Assembly: GCA_964016885.1 (NCBI GenBank)
Contig: OZ024741.1
Location: 15,748,001 to 15,812,000, forward strand
Direction of reading: 5' to 3'
Source: Eledone cirrhosa
Taxonomy: Eukaryota
Length of the DNA stretch: 64,000 bases
Position numbers and translations under genes: made by a program. This document shows positions 24,101-36,100 of this stretch, in pieces. The first letter of the stretch is position 1. Each line of letters opens with the position of its first letter. The notes beneath the pieces were generated by a model, which did no database searches, was not told where the DNA came from, and was given only the letters and a program-made list of their open reading frames with translations.

Positions 24101-27100
24101 GGTTGTGGTGGTAGTGTTGGTGGTGTTGGTGGTAGTGGTGTTGGTAGTAGTAGTAGTGGTTGTCGTGGTCGGGGTTGTGATGGGAGTGTTGGTGGTGTTG
24201 GTGGTAGTGGTGTTGGTAGTAGTAGTAGTGGTTGTCGTGGTCGGGGTTGTGATGGTAGTGTTGTTGGTGTTGGTGGTAGTGGTGTTGGTAATAGTAGTAG
24301 TGGTTGTCGTGGTCGGGGTTGTGATGGTAGTGTTGGTGGTGTTGGTGGTAGTGGTGTTGGTAGTAGTAGTAGTGATTGTCGTGGTCGGGGTTGTGGTGGT
24401 AGTGTTGGTGGTGTTGGTGGTAGTGGTGTTGGTAGTAGTAGTAGTGGTTGTCGTGGTCGGGGTTGTGGTGGTAGTGTTGGTGGTGTTGGTGGTAGTGGTG
24501 TTGGTAGTAGTAGTAGTGGTTGTCGTGGTCGGGGTTGTGATGGTAGTGTTGGTGGTGTTGGTGGTAGTGGTGTTGGTAGTAGTAGTGGTTGTCGTGGTCG
24601 GGGTTGTGGTGGTAGTGTTGGTGGTGTTTGTGGTAGTGGTGTTGGTAGTAGTAGTGGTTGTCGTGGTCGGGGTTGTGGTGGTAGTGTTGGTGGTGTTGGT
24701 GGTAGTGGTGTTGGTAGTAGTAGTGGTTGTCGTGGTCGGGGTTGTGGTGGTAGTGTTGGTGGTGTTGGTGGTAGTGGTGTTGGTAGTAGTAATGGTTGTC
24801 GTAGTCGGGGTTGTGATGGTAGTGTTGGTGGTGTTGGTGGTAGTGGTGTTGGTAGTAGTAGTGGTTGTCGTGGTCGGGGTTGTGGTGGTAGTGTTGGTGG
24901 TGTTGGTGGTAGTGGTGTTGGTAGTAGTAGTAGTAGTGGTTGTCGTGGTCGGGGTTGTGATGGTAGTGTTGGTGGTGTTGGTGGTAGTGGTGTTGGTAGT
25001 AGTAGTAGTGGTTGTCGTGGTCGGGGTTGTGGTGGTAGTGTTGGTGGTGTTGGTGGTAGTGGTGTTGGTAGTAGTAGTGGTTGTCGTGGTCGGGGTTGTG
25101 GTGGTAGTGTTGGTGGTGTTGGTGGTAGTGGTGTTGGTAGTAGTAGTAGTAGTGGTTGTCGTGGTCGGGGTTGTGATGGTAGTGTTGGTGGTGTTGGTGG
25201 TAGTGGTGTTGGTAGTAGTAGTAGTGGTTGTCGTGGTCGGGGTTGTGGTGGTAGTGTTGGTGGTGTTGGTGGTAGTGGTGTTGGTAGTAGTAATGGTTGT
25301 CGTAGTCGGGGTTGTGGTGGTAGTGTTGGTGGTGTTGGTGGTAGTGGTGTTGGTAGTAGTAGTAGTAGTGGTTGTCGTGGTCGGGGTTGTGATGGTAGTG
25401 TTGGTGGTGTTGGTGGTAGTGGTGTTGGTAGTAGTAGTAGTGGTTGTCGTGGTCGGGGTTGTGGTGGTAGTGTTGGTGGTGTTGGTGGTAGTGGTGTTGG
25501 TAGTAGTAGTGGTTGTCGTGGTCGGGGTTGTGGTGGTAGTGTTGGTGGTGTTGGTGGTAGTGGTGTTGGTAGTAGTAGTAGTAGTGGTTGTCGTGGTCGG
25601 GGTTGTGATGGTAGTGTTGGTGGTGTTGGTGGTAGTGGTGTTGGTAGTAGTAGTAGTGGTTGTCGTGGTCGGGGTTTTGGTGGTAGTGTTGGTGGTGTTG
25701 GTGGTAGTGGTGTTGGTAGTAGTAATGGTTGTCGTAGTCGGGGTTGTGGTGGTAGTGTTGGTGGTGTTGGTGGTAGTGGTGTTGGTAGTAGTAGTGGTTG
25801 TCGTGGTCGGGGTTGTGGTGGTAGTGTTGGTGGTGTTGGTGGTAGTGGTGTTGGTAGTAGTAGTAGTAGTGGTTGTCGTGGTCGGGGTTGTGATGGTAGT
25901 GTTGGTGGTGTTGATGGTAGTGGTGTTGGTAGTAGTAGTAGTGGTTGTCGTGGTCGGGGTTGTGATGGTAGTGTTGGTGGTGTTGGTGGTAGTGGTGTTG
26001 GTAGAAGTAGTAGTGGTTGTCGTGGTCGGGGTTGTGGTTGTAGTGTTGGTGGTGTTGGTGGTAGTAGTGTTGGTAGTAGTAGTAGTGGTTGTCGTGGTCG
26101 GGGTTGTGGTGGTAGTGTTGGTGGTGTTGGTGGTAGTGGTGTTGGTAGTAGTAGTAGTGGTTGTCGTGGTCGGGGTTGTGATGGTAGTGTTGGTGGTGTT
26201 GGTGGTAGTGGTGTTGGTAGTAGTAGTGGCTGTCGTGGTCGGGGTTGTGATGGTAGTGTTGGTGGTGTTGGTGGTTGTGGTGTTGGTAGCAGTAGTGGTT
26301 GTCGTTGTCGGGGTTGTGGTGGTAGTGTAGGTGGTGTTGGTGGTAGTGGTGTTGGTAGTAGTAGTGGTTGTCGTGGTCGAGGTTGTGATGGTAGTGTTGG
26401 TGGTGTTGGTGGTAGTGGTGTTGGTAGTAGTAGTGGTTGTCGTGGTCGGCGTTGTGGTGGTAGTGTTGGTGGTGTTGGTGGTAGTGGTGTTGGTAGTAGT
26501 AGTGGTTGTCGTGGTCGGGGTTGTGATGGTAGTGTTGGTGGTGTTGGTGGTAGTGGTGTTGGTAGTAGTAGTAGTGGTTGTCGTGGTCGGGGTTGTGATG
26601 GTAGTGTTGGTGGTGTTGGTGGTAGTGTTGTTGGTAGTAGTAGTAGTGGTTGTCGTGGTCGGGGTTGTGATGGTAGTGTTGGTGGTTTTGGTGGTAGTGG
26701 TGTTGGTAGTAGTAGTGGTTGTCGTGGTCGGGGTTGTGATGGTAGTGTTGGTGGTGTTGGTGGTAGTGGTGTTGGTAGTAGTAGTAGTGGTTGTCGTGGT
26801 CGGGGTTGTGATGGTAGTGTTGGTGGTGTTGGTGGTAGTGGTGTTGGTAGTAGTAGTGGTTGTCGTGGTCGGGGTTGTGATGGTAGTGTTGGTGGTGTTG
26901 GTGGTAGTGGTGTTGGTAGTAGTAGTGGTTGTGGTGGTCGGGGTTGTGGTGGTAGTGTTGGTGGTGTTGGTGGTAGTGGTGTTGGTAGTAGTAGTAGTGG
27001 TTGTCGTGGTCGGGGTTGTGATGGTAGTGTTGGTGGTGTTGGTGGTAGTGGTGTTGGTAGTAGTAGTAGTGGTTGTCGTGGTCGGGGTTGTGATGGTAGT

Positions 27101-30100
27101 GTTGGTGGTGTTGGTGGTAGTGGTGTTGGTAGTAGTAGTGGTTGTCGTGGTCGGGGTTGTGATGGTAGTGTTGGTGGTGTTGGTAGTAGTGGTGTTGGTA
27201 GTAGTAGTAGTGGTTGTCGTGGTCGGGGTTGTGATGGTAGTGTTGGTGGTGTTGGTGGTAGTGGTGTTGGTAGTAGTAGTGGTTGTCGTGGTAGGGGTTT
27301 GTGATGGTAGTGTTGGTGGTGTTGGTGGTAGTGGTGTTGGTAGTAGTAGTGGTTGTGGTGGTCGGGGTTGTGGTGGTAGTGTTGGTGGTGTTGGTGGTAG
27401 TGGTGTTGGTAGTAGTAGTAGTGGTTGTCGTGGTCGGGGTTGTGATGGTAGTGTTGGTGGTGTTGGTGGTAGTGGTGTTGGTAGTAGTAGTGGTTGTCGT
27501 GGTCGGGGTTGTGATGGTAGTGTTGGTGGTGTTGGTGGTAGTGGTGTTGGTAGTAGTAGTGTTTGTCGTGGTCGGGGTTGTGGTGGTAGTGTTGGTGGTG
27601 TTGGTGGTAGTAGTGTTGGTAGTAGTAGTGGTTGTGGTGGTCGGGGTTGTGATGGTAGTGTTGGTGGTGTTGGTGGTAGTGGTGTTGGTAGTAGTAGTAG
27701 TGGTTGCGGTGGTCGGGGTTGTGATGGTAGTGTTGGTGGTGTTGGTGGTAGTGTTGGTGGTGTTGGTGGTAGTAGTGTTGGTAGTAGTAGTGGTTGTCGT
27801 GGTCGGGGTTGTGATGGTAGTGTTGGTGGTGTTGGTGGTAGTGGTGTTGGTAGTAGTAGTGCTTGTCGTGGTCGGGGTTGTGATGGTAGTGTTGGTGGTG
27901 TTGGTGGTAGTGGTGTTGGTAGTAGTAGTAGTGGTTGTCGTGGTCGGGGTTGTGATGGTAGTGTTGGTGGTGTTGGTGGTAGTGGTGTTGGTATTAGTAG
28001 TGGTTGTCGTGGTCGGGGTTGTGATGGTAGTGTTGGTGGTGTTGGTGGTAGTGGTGTTGGTAGTAGTAGTGGTTGTCGTGTTCGGGGTTGTGATGGTAGT
28101 GTTGGTGGTGTTGGTGGTAGTGGTGTTGGTAGTAGTAGTGGTTGTCGTGGTCGGAGTTGTGATGGTAGTGTTGGTGGTGTTGGTGGTAGTGGTGTTGGTA
28201 GTAGTAGTGGTTGTCGTGGTCGGGGTTGTGATGGTAGTGTTGGTGGTGTTGGTGGTAGTGGTGTTGGTAGTAGTAGTAGTGGTTGTCGTGGTCGGGGTTG
28301 TGATGGTAGTGTTGGTGGTGTTGGTGGTAGTGGTGTTGGTAGTAGTAGTGGTTGTGGTGGTCGGGGTTGTGATGGTAGAGTTGGTGGTCTTGGTGGTAGT
28401 GGTGTTGGTAGTAGTAGTGGTTGTCGTGGTCGGGGTTGTGGTGGTAGTGTTGGTGGTGTTGGTGGTAGTGGTGTTGGTAGTAGTAGTGGTTGTCGTGGTC
28501 GGGGTTGTGATGGTAGTGTTGGTGGTGTTGGTGGTAGTGGTGTTGGTAGTAGTAGTGGTTGTCGTGGTCGGGGTTGTGATGGTAGTGTTGGTGGTGTTGG
28601 TGGTAGTGGTGTTGGTAGTAGTAGTGGTTGTCGTGGTCGGGGTTGTGATGGTAGTGTTGGTGGTGTTGGTGTTGGTGGTAGTGGTGTTGGTAGTAGTAGT
28701 GGTTGTCGTGGTCGGGGTTGTGGTGGTAGTGTTGGTGGTGTTGGTGGTAGTGGTGTTGGTAGTAGTAGTGGTTGTCGTGGTCGGGGTTGTGGTGGTAGTG
28801 TTGGTGGTGTTGGTGGTAGTAGTGTTGGTAGTAGTAGTAGTGGTTGTCGTGGTCGGGGTTGTGATGGTAGTGTTGGTGGTGTTGGTGGTAGTGGTGTTGG
28901 TAGTAGTAGTGGTTGTCGTGGTCGGGGTAGTGGTGGTAGTGTTGGTGGTGTTGGTGGTAGTAGTGTTGGTAGTAGTAGTGGTTGTCGTGGTCGGGGTTGT
29001 GGTGGTAGTGTTGGTGGTGTTGGTGGTAGTAGTGTTGGTAGTAGTAGTAGTGGTTGTCGTGGTCGGGGTTGTGGTGGTAGTGTTGGTGGTGTTGGTGGTA
29101 GTAGTGTTGGTAGTAGTAGTAGTGGTTGTAGTGGTCGGGGTTGTGATGGTAGTGTTGGTGGTGTTGGTGGTAGTGGTGTTGGTAGTAGTAGTAGTGGTTG
29201 TCGTGGTCGGGGTTGTGGTGGTAGTGTTGGTGGTGTTGGTGGTAGTAGTGTTGGTAGTAGTAGTAGTGGTTGTCGTGGTCGGGGTTGTGGTGGTAGTGTT
29301 GGTGGTGTTGGTGGTAGTGGTGTTGGTAGTTGTAGTAGTGGTTGTCGTGGTCGGGGTTGTGATGGTAGTGTTGGTGGTGTTGGTGGTAGTGGTGTTGGTA
29401 GTAGTAGTGGCTGTCGTGGTCGGGGTTGTGATGGTAGTGTTGGTGGTGTTGGTGATTGTGGTGTTGGTAGCAGTAGTGGTTGTCGTAGTCGGGGTTGTGG
29501 TGGTAGTGTTGGTGGTGTTGGTGGTAGTGGTGTTGGTAGTAGTAGTGGTTGTCGTGGTCGAGGTTGTGATGGTAGTGTTGGTGGTGTTGGTGGTAGTGGT
29601 GTTGGTAGTAGTAGTGGTTGTCGTGGTCGGGGTTGTGATGGTAGTGTTGGTGGTGTTGGTGGTAGTGGTGTTGGTAGTAGTAGTAGTGGTTGTCGTGGTC
29701 GGGGTTGTGATGGTAGTGTTGGTGGTGTTGGTGGTAGTGGTGTTAGTAGTAGTAGTGGTTGTCGTGGTCGGCGTTGTGGTGGTAGTGTTGGTGGTGTTGG
29801 TGGTAGTGGTGTTGGTAGTAGTAGTGGTTGTCGTGGTCGGGGTTGTGGTGGTAGTGTTGGTGGTGTTGGTGGTAGTGGTGTTGGTAGTAGTAGTGGTTGT
29901 CGTGGTCGGGGTTGTGATGGTAGTGTTGGTGGTGTTGGTGGTTGTGGTGTTGGTAGTAGTAGTAGTGGTTGTCGTGGTCGGGGTTGTGATGGTAGTGTTG
30001 GTGGTGTTGGTGGTAGTGGTATTGGTAGTAATAGTAGTGGTTGTCGTGGTCGGGGTTGTGATGGTAGTGTTGGTGGTGTTGGTGGTAGTGGTGTTGGTAG

Positions 30101-33100
30101 TAGTAGTGGTTGTCGTGGTCGGGGTTGTGATGGTAGTGTTGGTGGTGTTGGTGGTAGTGGTGTTGGTAGTAGTAGTAGTGGTTGTCGTGGTCGGGGTTGT
30201 GATGGTAGTGTTGGTGGTGTTGGTGGTAGTGGTGTTGGTAGTAGTAGTGGTTGTCGTGGTCGGGGTTGTGATGGTAGTTTTGGTGGTGTTGATGGTAGTG
30301 GTGTTGGTAGTAGTAGTGGTTCTGGTGGTCGGGGTTGTGGTGGTAGTGTTGGTGGTGTTGGTGGTAGTGGTGTTGGTAGTAGTAGTTGTGGTTGTCGTGG
30401 TCGGTGTTGTGATGGTAGTGTTGGTGGTGTTGGTGGTAGTGGTGTTGGTAGTAGTAGTAGTGGTTGTCGTGGTCGGGGTTGTGATGGTAGTGTTGGTGGT
30501 GTTGGTGGTAGTGGTGTTGGTAGTAGTAGTGGTTGTCGTGGTAGGGGTTGTGATGGTAGTGTTGGTGGTGTTGGTGGTAGTGGTGTTGGTAGTAGTAGTG
30601 GTTGTGGTGGTCGGGGTTGTGGTGGTAGTGTTGGTGGTGTTGGTGGTAGTGGTGTTGGTAGTAGTAGTAGTGGTTGTCGTGGTCGGGGTTGTGATGGTAG
30701 TGTTGGTGGTGTTGGTGGTAGTGGTGTTGGTAGTAGTAGTGGTTGTCGTGGTCGGGGTTGTGATGGTAGTGTTGGTGGTGTTGGTGGTAGTGGTGTTGGT
30801 AGTAGTAGTAGTGGTTGTCGTGGTCGGGGTTGTGATGGTAGTGTTGGTGGTGTTGGTGGTAGTGGTGTTGGTAGTAGTAGTGGTTGTGGTGGTCGGGGTT
30901 GTGGTGGTAGTGTTGGTGGTGTTCGTGGCAGTGGTGTTGGTAGTAGTAGTGGTTGTCGTGGTCGGGGTTGTGGTGGTAGTGTTGGTGGTGTTGGTGGTAG
31001 TGGTGTTGGTAGTAGTAGTGGTTGTCGTGGTCGGGGTTGTGATGGTAGTGTTGGTGGTGTTGGTCGTAGTGGTGTTGGTAGTAGTAGTGGTTGTGGTGGT
31101 CGGGGTTGTGGTGGTAGTGTTGGTGGTGTTGGTGGTAGTGGTGTTGGTAGTAGTAGTGGTTGTCGTGGTCGGGGTTGTGGTGGTAGTGTTGGTGGTGTTG
31201 GTGGTAGTGGTGTTGGTAGTAGTAGTGGTTGTCGTGGTCGGCGTTGTGGTGGTAGTGTTGGTGGTGTTGGTGGTAGTGGTGTTGGTAGTAGTAGTGGTTG
31301 TCGTGGTCGGGGTTGTGGTGGTAGTGTTGGTGGTGTTGGTGGTAGTGGTGTTGGTAGTAGTAGTGGTTGTCGTGGTCGGGGTTGTGATGGTAGTGTTGGT
31401 GGTGTTGGTGGTTGTGGTGTTGGTAGTAGTAGTAGTGGTTGTCGTGGTCGGGGTTGTGATGGTAGTGTTGGTGGTGTTGGTGGTAGTGGTATTGGTAGTA
31501 ATAGTAGTGGTTGTCGTGGTCGGGGTTGTGATGGTAGTGTTGGTGGTGTTGGTGGTAGTGGTGTTGGTAGTAGTAGTGGTTGTCGTGGTCGGGGTTGTGA
31601 TGGTAGTGTTGGTGGTGTTGGTGGTAGTGGTGTTGGTAGTAGTAGTAGTGGTTGTCGTGGTCGGGGTTGTGATGGTAGTGTTGGTGGTGTTGGTGGTAGT
31701 GGTGTTGGTAGTAGTAGTGGTTGTCGTGGTCGGGGTTGTGATGGTAGTTTTGGTGGTGTTGATGGTAGTGGTGTTGGTAGTAGTAGTGGTTCTGGTGGTC
31801 GGGGTTGTGGTGGTAGTGTTGGTGGTGTTGGTGGTAGTGGTGTTGGTAGTAGTAGTTGTGGTTGTCGTGGTCGGTGTTGTGATGGTAGTGTTGGTGGTGT
31901 TGGTGGTAGTGGTGTTGGTAGTAGTAGTAGTGGTTGTCGTGGTCGGGGTTGTGATGGTAGTGTTGGTGGTGTTGGTGGTAGTGGTGTTGGTAGTAGTAGT
32001 GGTTGTCGTGGTAGGGGTTGTGATGGTAGTGTTGGTGGTGTTGGTGGTAGTGGTGTTGGTAGTAGTAGTGGTTGTGGTGGTCGGGGTTGTGGTGGTAGTG
32101 TTGGTGGTGTTGGTGGTAGTGGTGTTGGTAGTAGTAGTAGTGGTTGTCGTGGTCGGGGTTGTGATGGTAGTGTTGGTGGTGTTGGTGGTAGTGGTGTTGG
32201 TAGTAGTAGTGGTTGTCGTGGTCGGGGTTGTGATGGTAGTGTTGGTGGTGTTGGTGGTAGTGGTGTTGGTAGTAGTAGTAGTGGTTGTCGTGGTCGGGGT
32301 TGTGATGGTAGTGTTGGTGGTGTTGGTGGTAGTGGTGTTGGTAGTAGTAGTGGTTGTGGTGGTCGGGGTTGTGGTGGTAGTGTTGGTGGTGTTCGTGGCA
32401 GTGGTGTTGGTAGTAGTAGTGGTTGTCGTGGTCGGGGTTGTGGTGGTAGTGTTGGTGGTGTTGGTGGTAGTGGTGTTGGTAGTAGTAGTGGTTGTCGTGG
32501 TCGGGGTTGTGATGGTAGTGTTGGTGGTGTTGGTCGTAGTGGTGTTGGTAGTAGTAGTGGTTGTGGTGGTCGGGGTTGTGGTGGTAGTGTTGGTGGTGTT
32601 GGTGGTAGTGGTGTTGGTAGTAGTAGTGGTTGTCGTGGTCGGGGTTGTGGTGGTAGTGTTGGTGGTGTTGGTGGTAGTGGTGTTGGTAGTAGTAGTGGTT
32701 GTCGTGGTCGGGGTTGTGATGGTAGTGTTGGTGGTGTTGGTGGTAGTGGTGTTGTTAGTAGTAGTGGTTGTGGTGGTCGGGGTTGTGGTGGTAGTGTTGG
32801 TGGTGTTGGTGGTAGTGGTGTTGGTAGTAGTAGTGGTTGTCGTGGTCGGGGTTGTGGTGGTAGTGTTGGTGGTGTTGGTGGTAGTGGTGTTGGTAGTAGT
32901 AGTGGTTGTCGTGGTCGGGGTTGTGATGGTAGTGTTGGTGGTGTTGGTGGTAGTAGTGTTGGTAGTAGTAGTAGTGGTTGTGGTGGTCGGGGTTGTGATG
33001 GTAGTGTTGGTGGTGTTGGTGGTAGTGGTGTTGGTAGTAGTAGTGGTTGTCGTGGTCGGGGTTGTGGTGGTAGTGTTGGTGGTGTTGGTGGTAGTGGTGT

Positions 33101-36100
33101 TGGTAGTAGTAGTGGTTGTGGTGGTCGGGGTTGTGGTGGTAGTGTTGGTGGTGTTGGTGGTAGTGGTGTTGGTAGTAGTAGTGGTTGTCGTGGTCGGGGT
33201 TGTGGTGGTAGTGTTGGTGGTGTTGGTGGTAGTGGTGTTGGTAGTAGTAGTGGTTGTCTAGGTCGGGGTTGTGATGGTAGTGTTGGTGATGTTGGTGGTA
33301 GTGGTGTTGGTAGTAGTAGTGGTTGTCGTGGTCGGGGTTGTGGTGGTAGTGTTGGTGGTGTTGGTGGTAGTGGTGTTGGTAGTAGTAGTGGTTGTGGTGG
33401 TCGGGGTTGTGGTGGTAGTGTTGGTGGTGTTGGTGGTAGTGGTGTTGGTAGTAGTAGTGGTTGTGGTGGTCGGGGTTGTGGTGGTAGTGTTGGTGGTGTT
33501 GGTGATAGTGGTGTTGGCAGTAGTAGTAGTGGTTGTCGTAGTCGGGGTTGTGATGGTAGTGTTGGTGGTGTTGGTGGTAGTGGTGTTGGTAGTAGTAGTG
33601 GTTGTCGTGGTCGGGGTTGTGATGTTAGTGTTGGTGGTGTTGGTGGTAGTGGTGTTGGTAGTAGTAGTGGTTGTCGTGGTCGGGGTTGTGGTGGTAGTGT
33701 TGGTGGTGTTGGTGATAGTGGTGTTGGTAGTAGTAGTAGTGGTTGTCGTGGTCGGGGTTGTGATGGTAGTGTTGGTGGTGTTGGTGGTAGTGGTGTTGGT
33801 AGTAGTAGTGGTTGTCGTGGTCGGGGTTGTGATGGTAGTGTTGGTGGTGTTGGTGGTAGTGGTGTTGGTAGTAGTAGTGGTTGTGGTGGTCGGGGTTGTG
33901 ATGGTAGTGTTGGTGGTGTTGGTGGTAGTGGTGTTGGTAGTAGTAGTGGTTGTGGTGGTCGGAGTTGTGATGGTAGTGTTGGTGGTGTTGGTGGTAGTGT
34001 TGTTGGTAGTAGTAGTGGTTGTCGTGGTCGGGGTTGTGGTGGTAGTGTTGGTGGTGTTGGTGGTAGTGGTGTTGGTAGTAGTAGTGGTTGTCGTGGTCGG
34101 GGTTGTGATGGTAGTGTTGGTGGTGTTGGTGGTAGTAGTGTTGGTAGTAGTAGTAGTGGTTGTCGTGGTCGGGGTTGTGGTGGTAGTGTTGGTGGTGTTA
34201 GTGGTAGTGGTGTTGGTAGTAGTAGTGGTTGTCGTGGTCGGGGTTGTGATGGTAGTGTTGGTGGTGTTGGTGGTTGTGGTGTTGGTAGTAGTAGTAGTGG
34301 TTGTCGTGGTCGGGGTTGTGATGGTAGTGTTGGTGGTGTTGGTGGTAGTGGTATTGGTAGTAATAGTAGTGGTTGTCGTGGTCGGGGTTGTGATGGTAGT
34401 GTTGGTGGTGTTGGTGGTAGTGGTGTTGGTAGTAGTAGTGGTTGTCGTGGTCGGGGTTGTGATGGTAGTGTTGGTGGTGTTGGTGGTAGTGGTGTTGGTA
34501 GTAGTAGTAGTGGTTGTCGTGGTCGGGGTTGTGATGGTAGTGTTGGTGGTGTTGGTGGTAGTGGTGTTGGTAGTAGTAGTGGTTGTCGTGGTCGGGGTTG
34601 TGATGGTAGTGTTGGTGGTGTTGATGGTAGTGGTGTTGGTAGTAGTAGTGGTTCTGGTGGTCGGGGTTGTGGTGGTAGTGTTGGTGGTGTTGGTGGTAGT
34701 GGTGTTGGTAGTAGTAGTTGTGGTTGTCGTGGTCGGTGTTGTGATGGTAGTGTTGGTGGTGTTGGTGGTAGTGGTGTTGGTAGTAGTAGTAGTGGTTGTC
34801 GTGGTCGGGGTTGTGATGGTAGTGTTGGTGGTGTTGGTGGTAGTGGTGTTGGTAGTAGTAGTAGTGGTTGTCGTGGTCGGGGTTGTGATGGTAGTGTTGG
34901 TGGTGTTGGTGGTAGTGGTGTTGGTAGTAGTAGTGGTTGTGGTGGTCGGGGTTGTGGTGGTAGTGTTGGTGGTGTTCGTGGCAGTGGTGTTGGTAGTAGT
35001 AGTGGTTGTCGTGGTCGGGGTTGTGGTGGTAGTGTTGGTGGTGTTGGTGGTAGTGGTGTTGGTAGTAGTAGTGGTTGTCGTGGTCGGGGTTGTGATGGTA
35101 GTGTTGGTGGTGTTGGTCGTAGTGGTGTTGGTAGTAGTAGTGGTTGTGGTGGTCGGGGTTGTGGTGGTAGTGTTGGTGGTGTTGGTGGTAGTGGTGTTGG
35201 TAGTAGTAGTGGTTGTCGTGGTCGGGGTTGTGGTGGTAGTGTTGGTGGTGTTGGTGGTAGTGGTGTTGGTAGTAGTAGTGGTTGTCGTGGTCGGGGTTGT
35301 GATGGTAGTGTTGGTGGTGTTGGTGGTAGTGGTGTTGTTAGTAGTAGTGGTTGTGGTGGTCGGGGTTGTGGTGGTAGTGTTGTTGGTGTTGGTGGTAGTG
35401 GTGTTGGTAGTAGTAGTGGTTGTCGTGGTCGGGGTTGTGGTGGTAGTGTTGGTGGTGTTGGTGGTAGTGGTGTTGGTAGTAGTAGTGGTTGTCGTGGTCG
35501 GGGTTGTGATGGTAGTGTTGGTGGTATTGGTCGTAGTGGTGTTGGTAGTAGTAGTGGTTGTCGTCGTCGGGGTTGTGGTGGTAGTGTTGGTGGTGTTGGT
35601 GGTAGTGGTGTTGGTAGTAGTAGTGGTTGTCGTGGTCGGGGTTGTGATGGTAGTGTTGGTGGTGTTGGTGGTAGTAGTGTTGGTAGTAGTAGTAGTGGTT
35701 GTGGTGGTCGGGGTTGTGATGGTAGTGTTGGTGGTGTTGGTGGTAGTGGTGTTGGTAGTAGTAGTGGTTGTCGTGGTCGGGGTTGTGGTGGTAGTGTTGG
35801 TGGTGTTGGTGGTAGTGGTGTTGGTAGTAGTAGTGGTTGTGGTGGTCGGGGTTGTGGTGGTAGTGTTGGTGGTGTTGGTGGTAGTGGTGTTGGTAGTAGT
35901 AGTGGTTGTCGTGGTCGGGGTTGTGGTGGTAGTGTTGGTGGTGTTGGTGGTAGTGGTGTTGGTAGTAGTAGTGGTTGTCTAGGTCGGGGTTGTGATGGTA
36001 GTGTTGGTGATGTTGGTGGTAGTGGTGTTGGTAGTAGTAGTGGTTGTCGTGGTCGGGGTTGTGGTGGTAGTGTTGGTGGTGTTGGTGGTAGTGGTGTTGG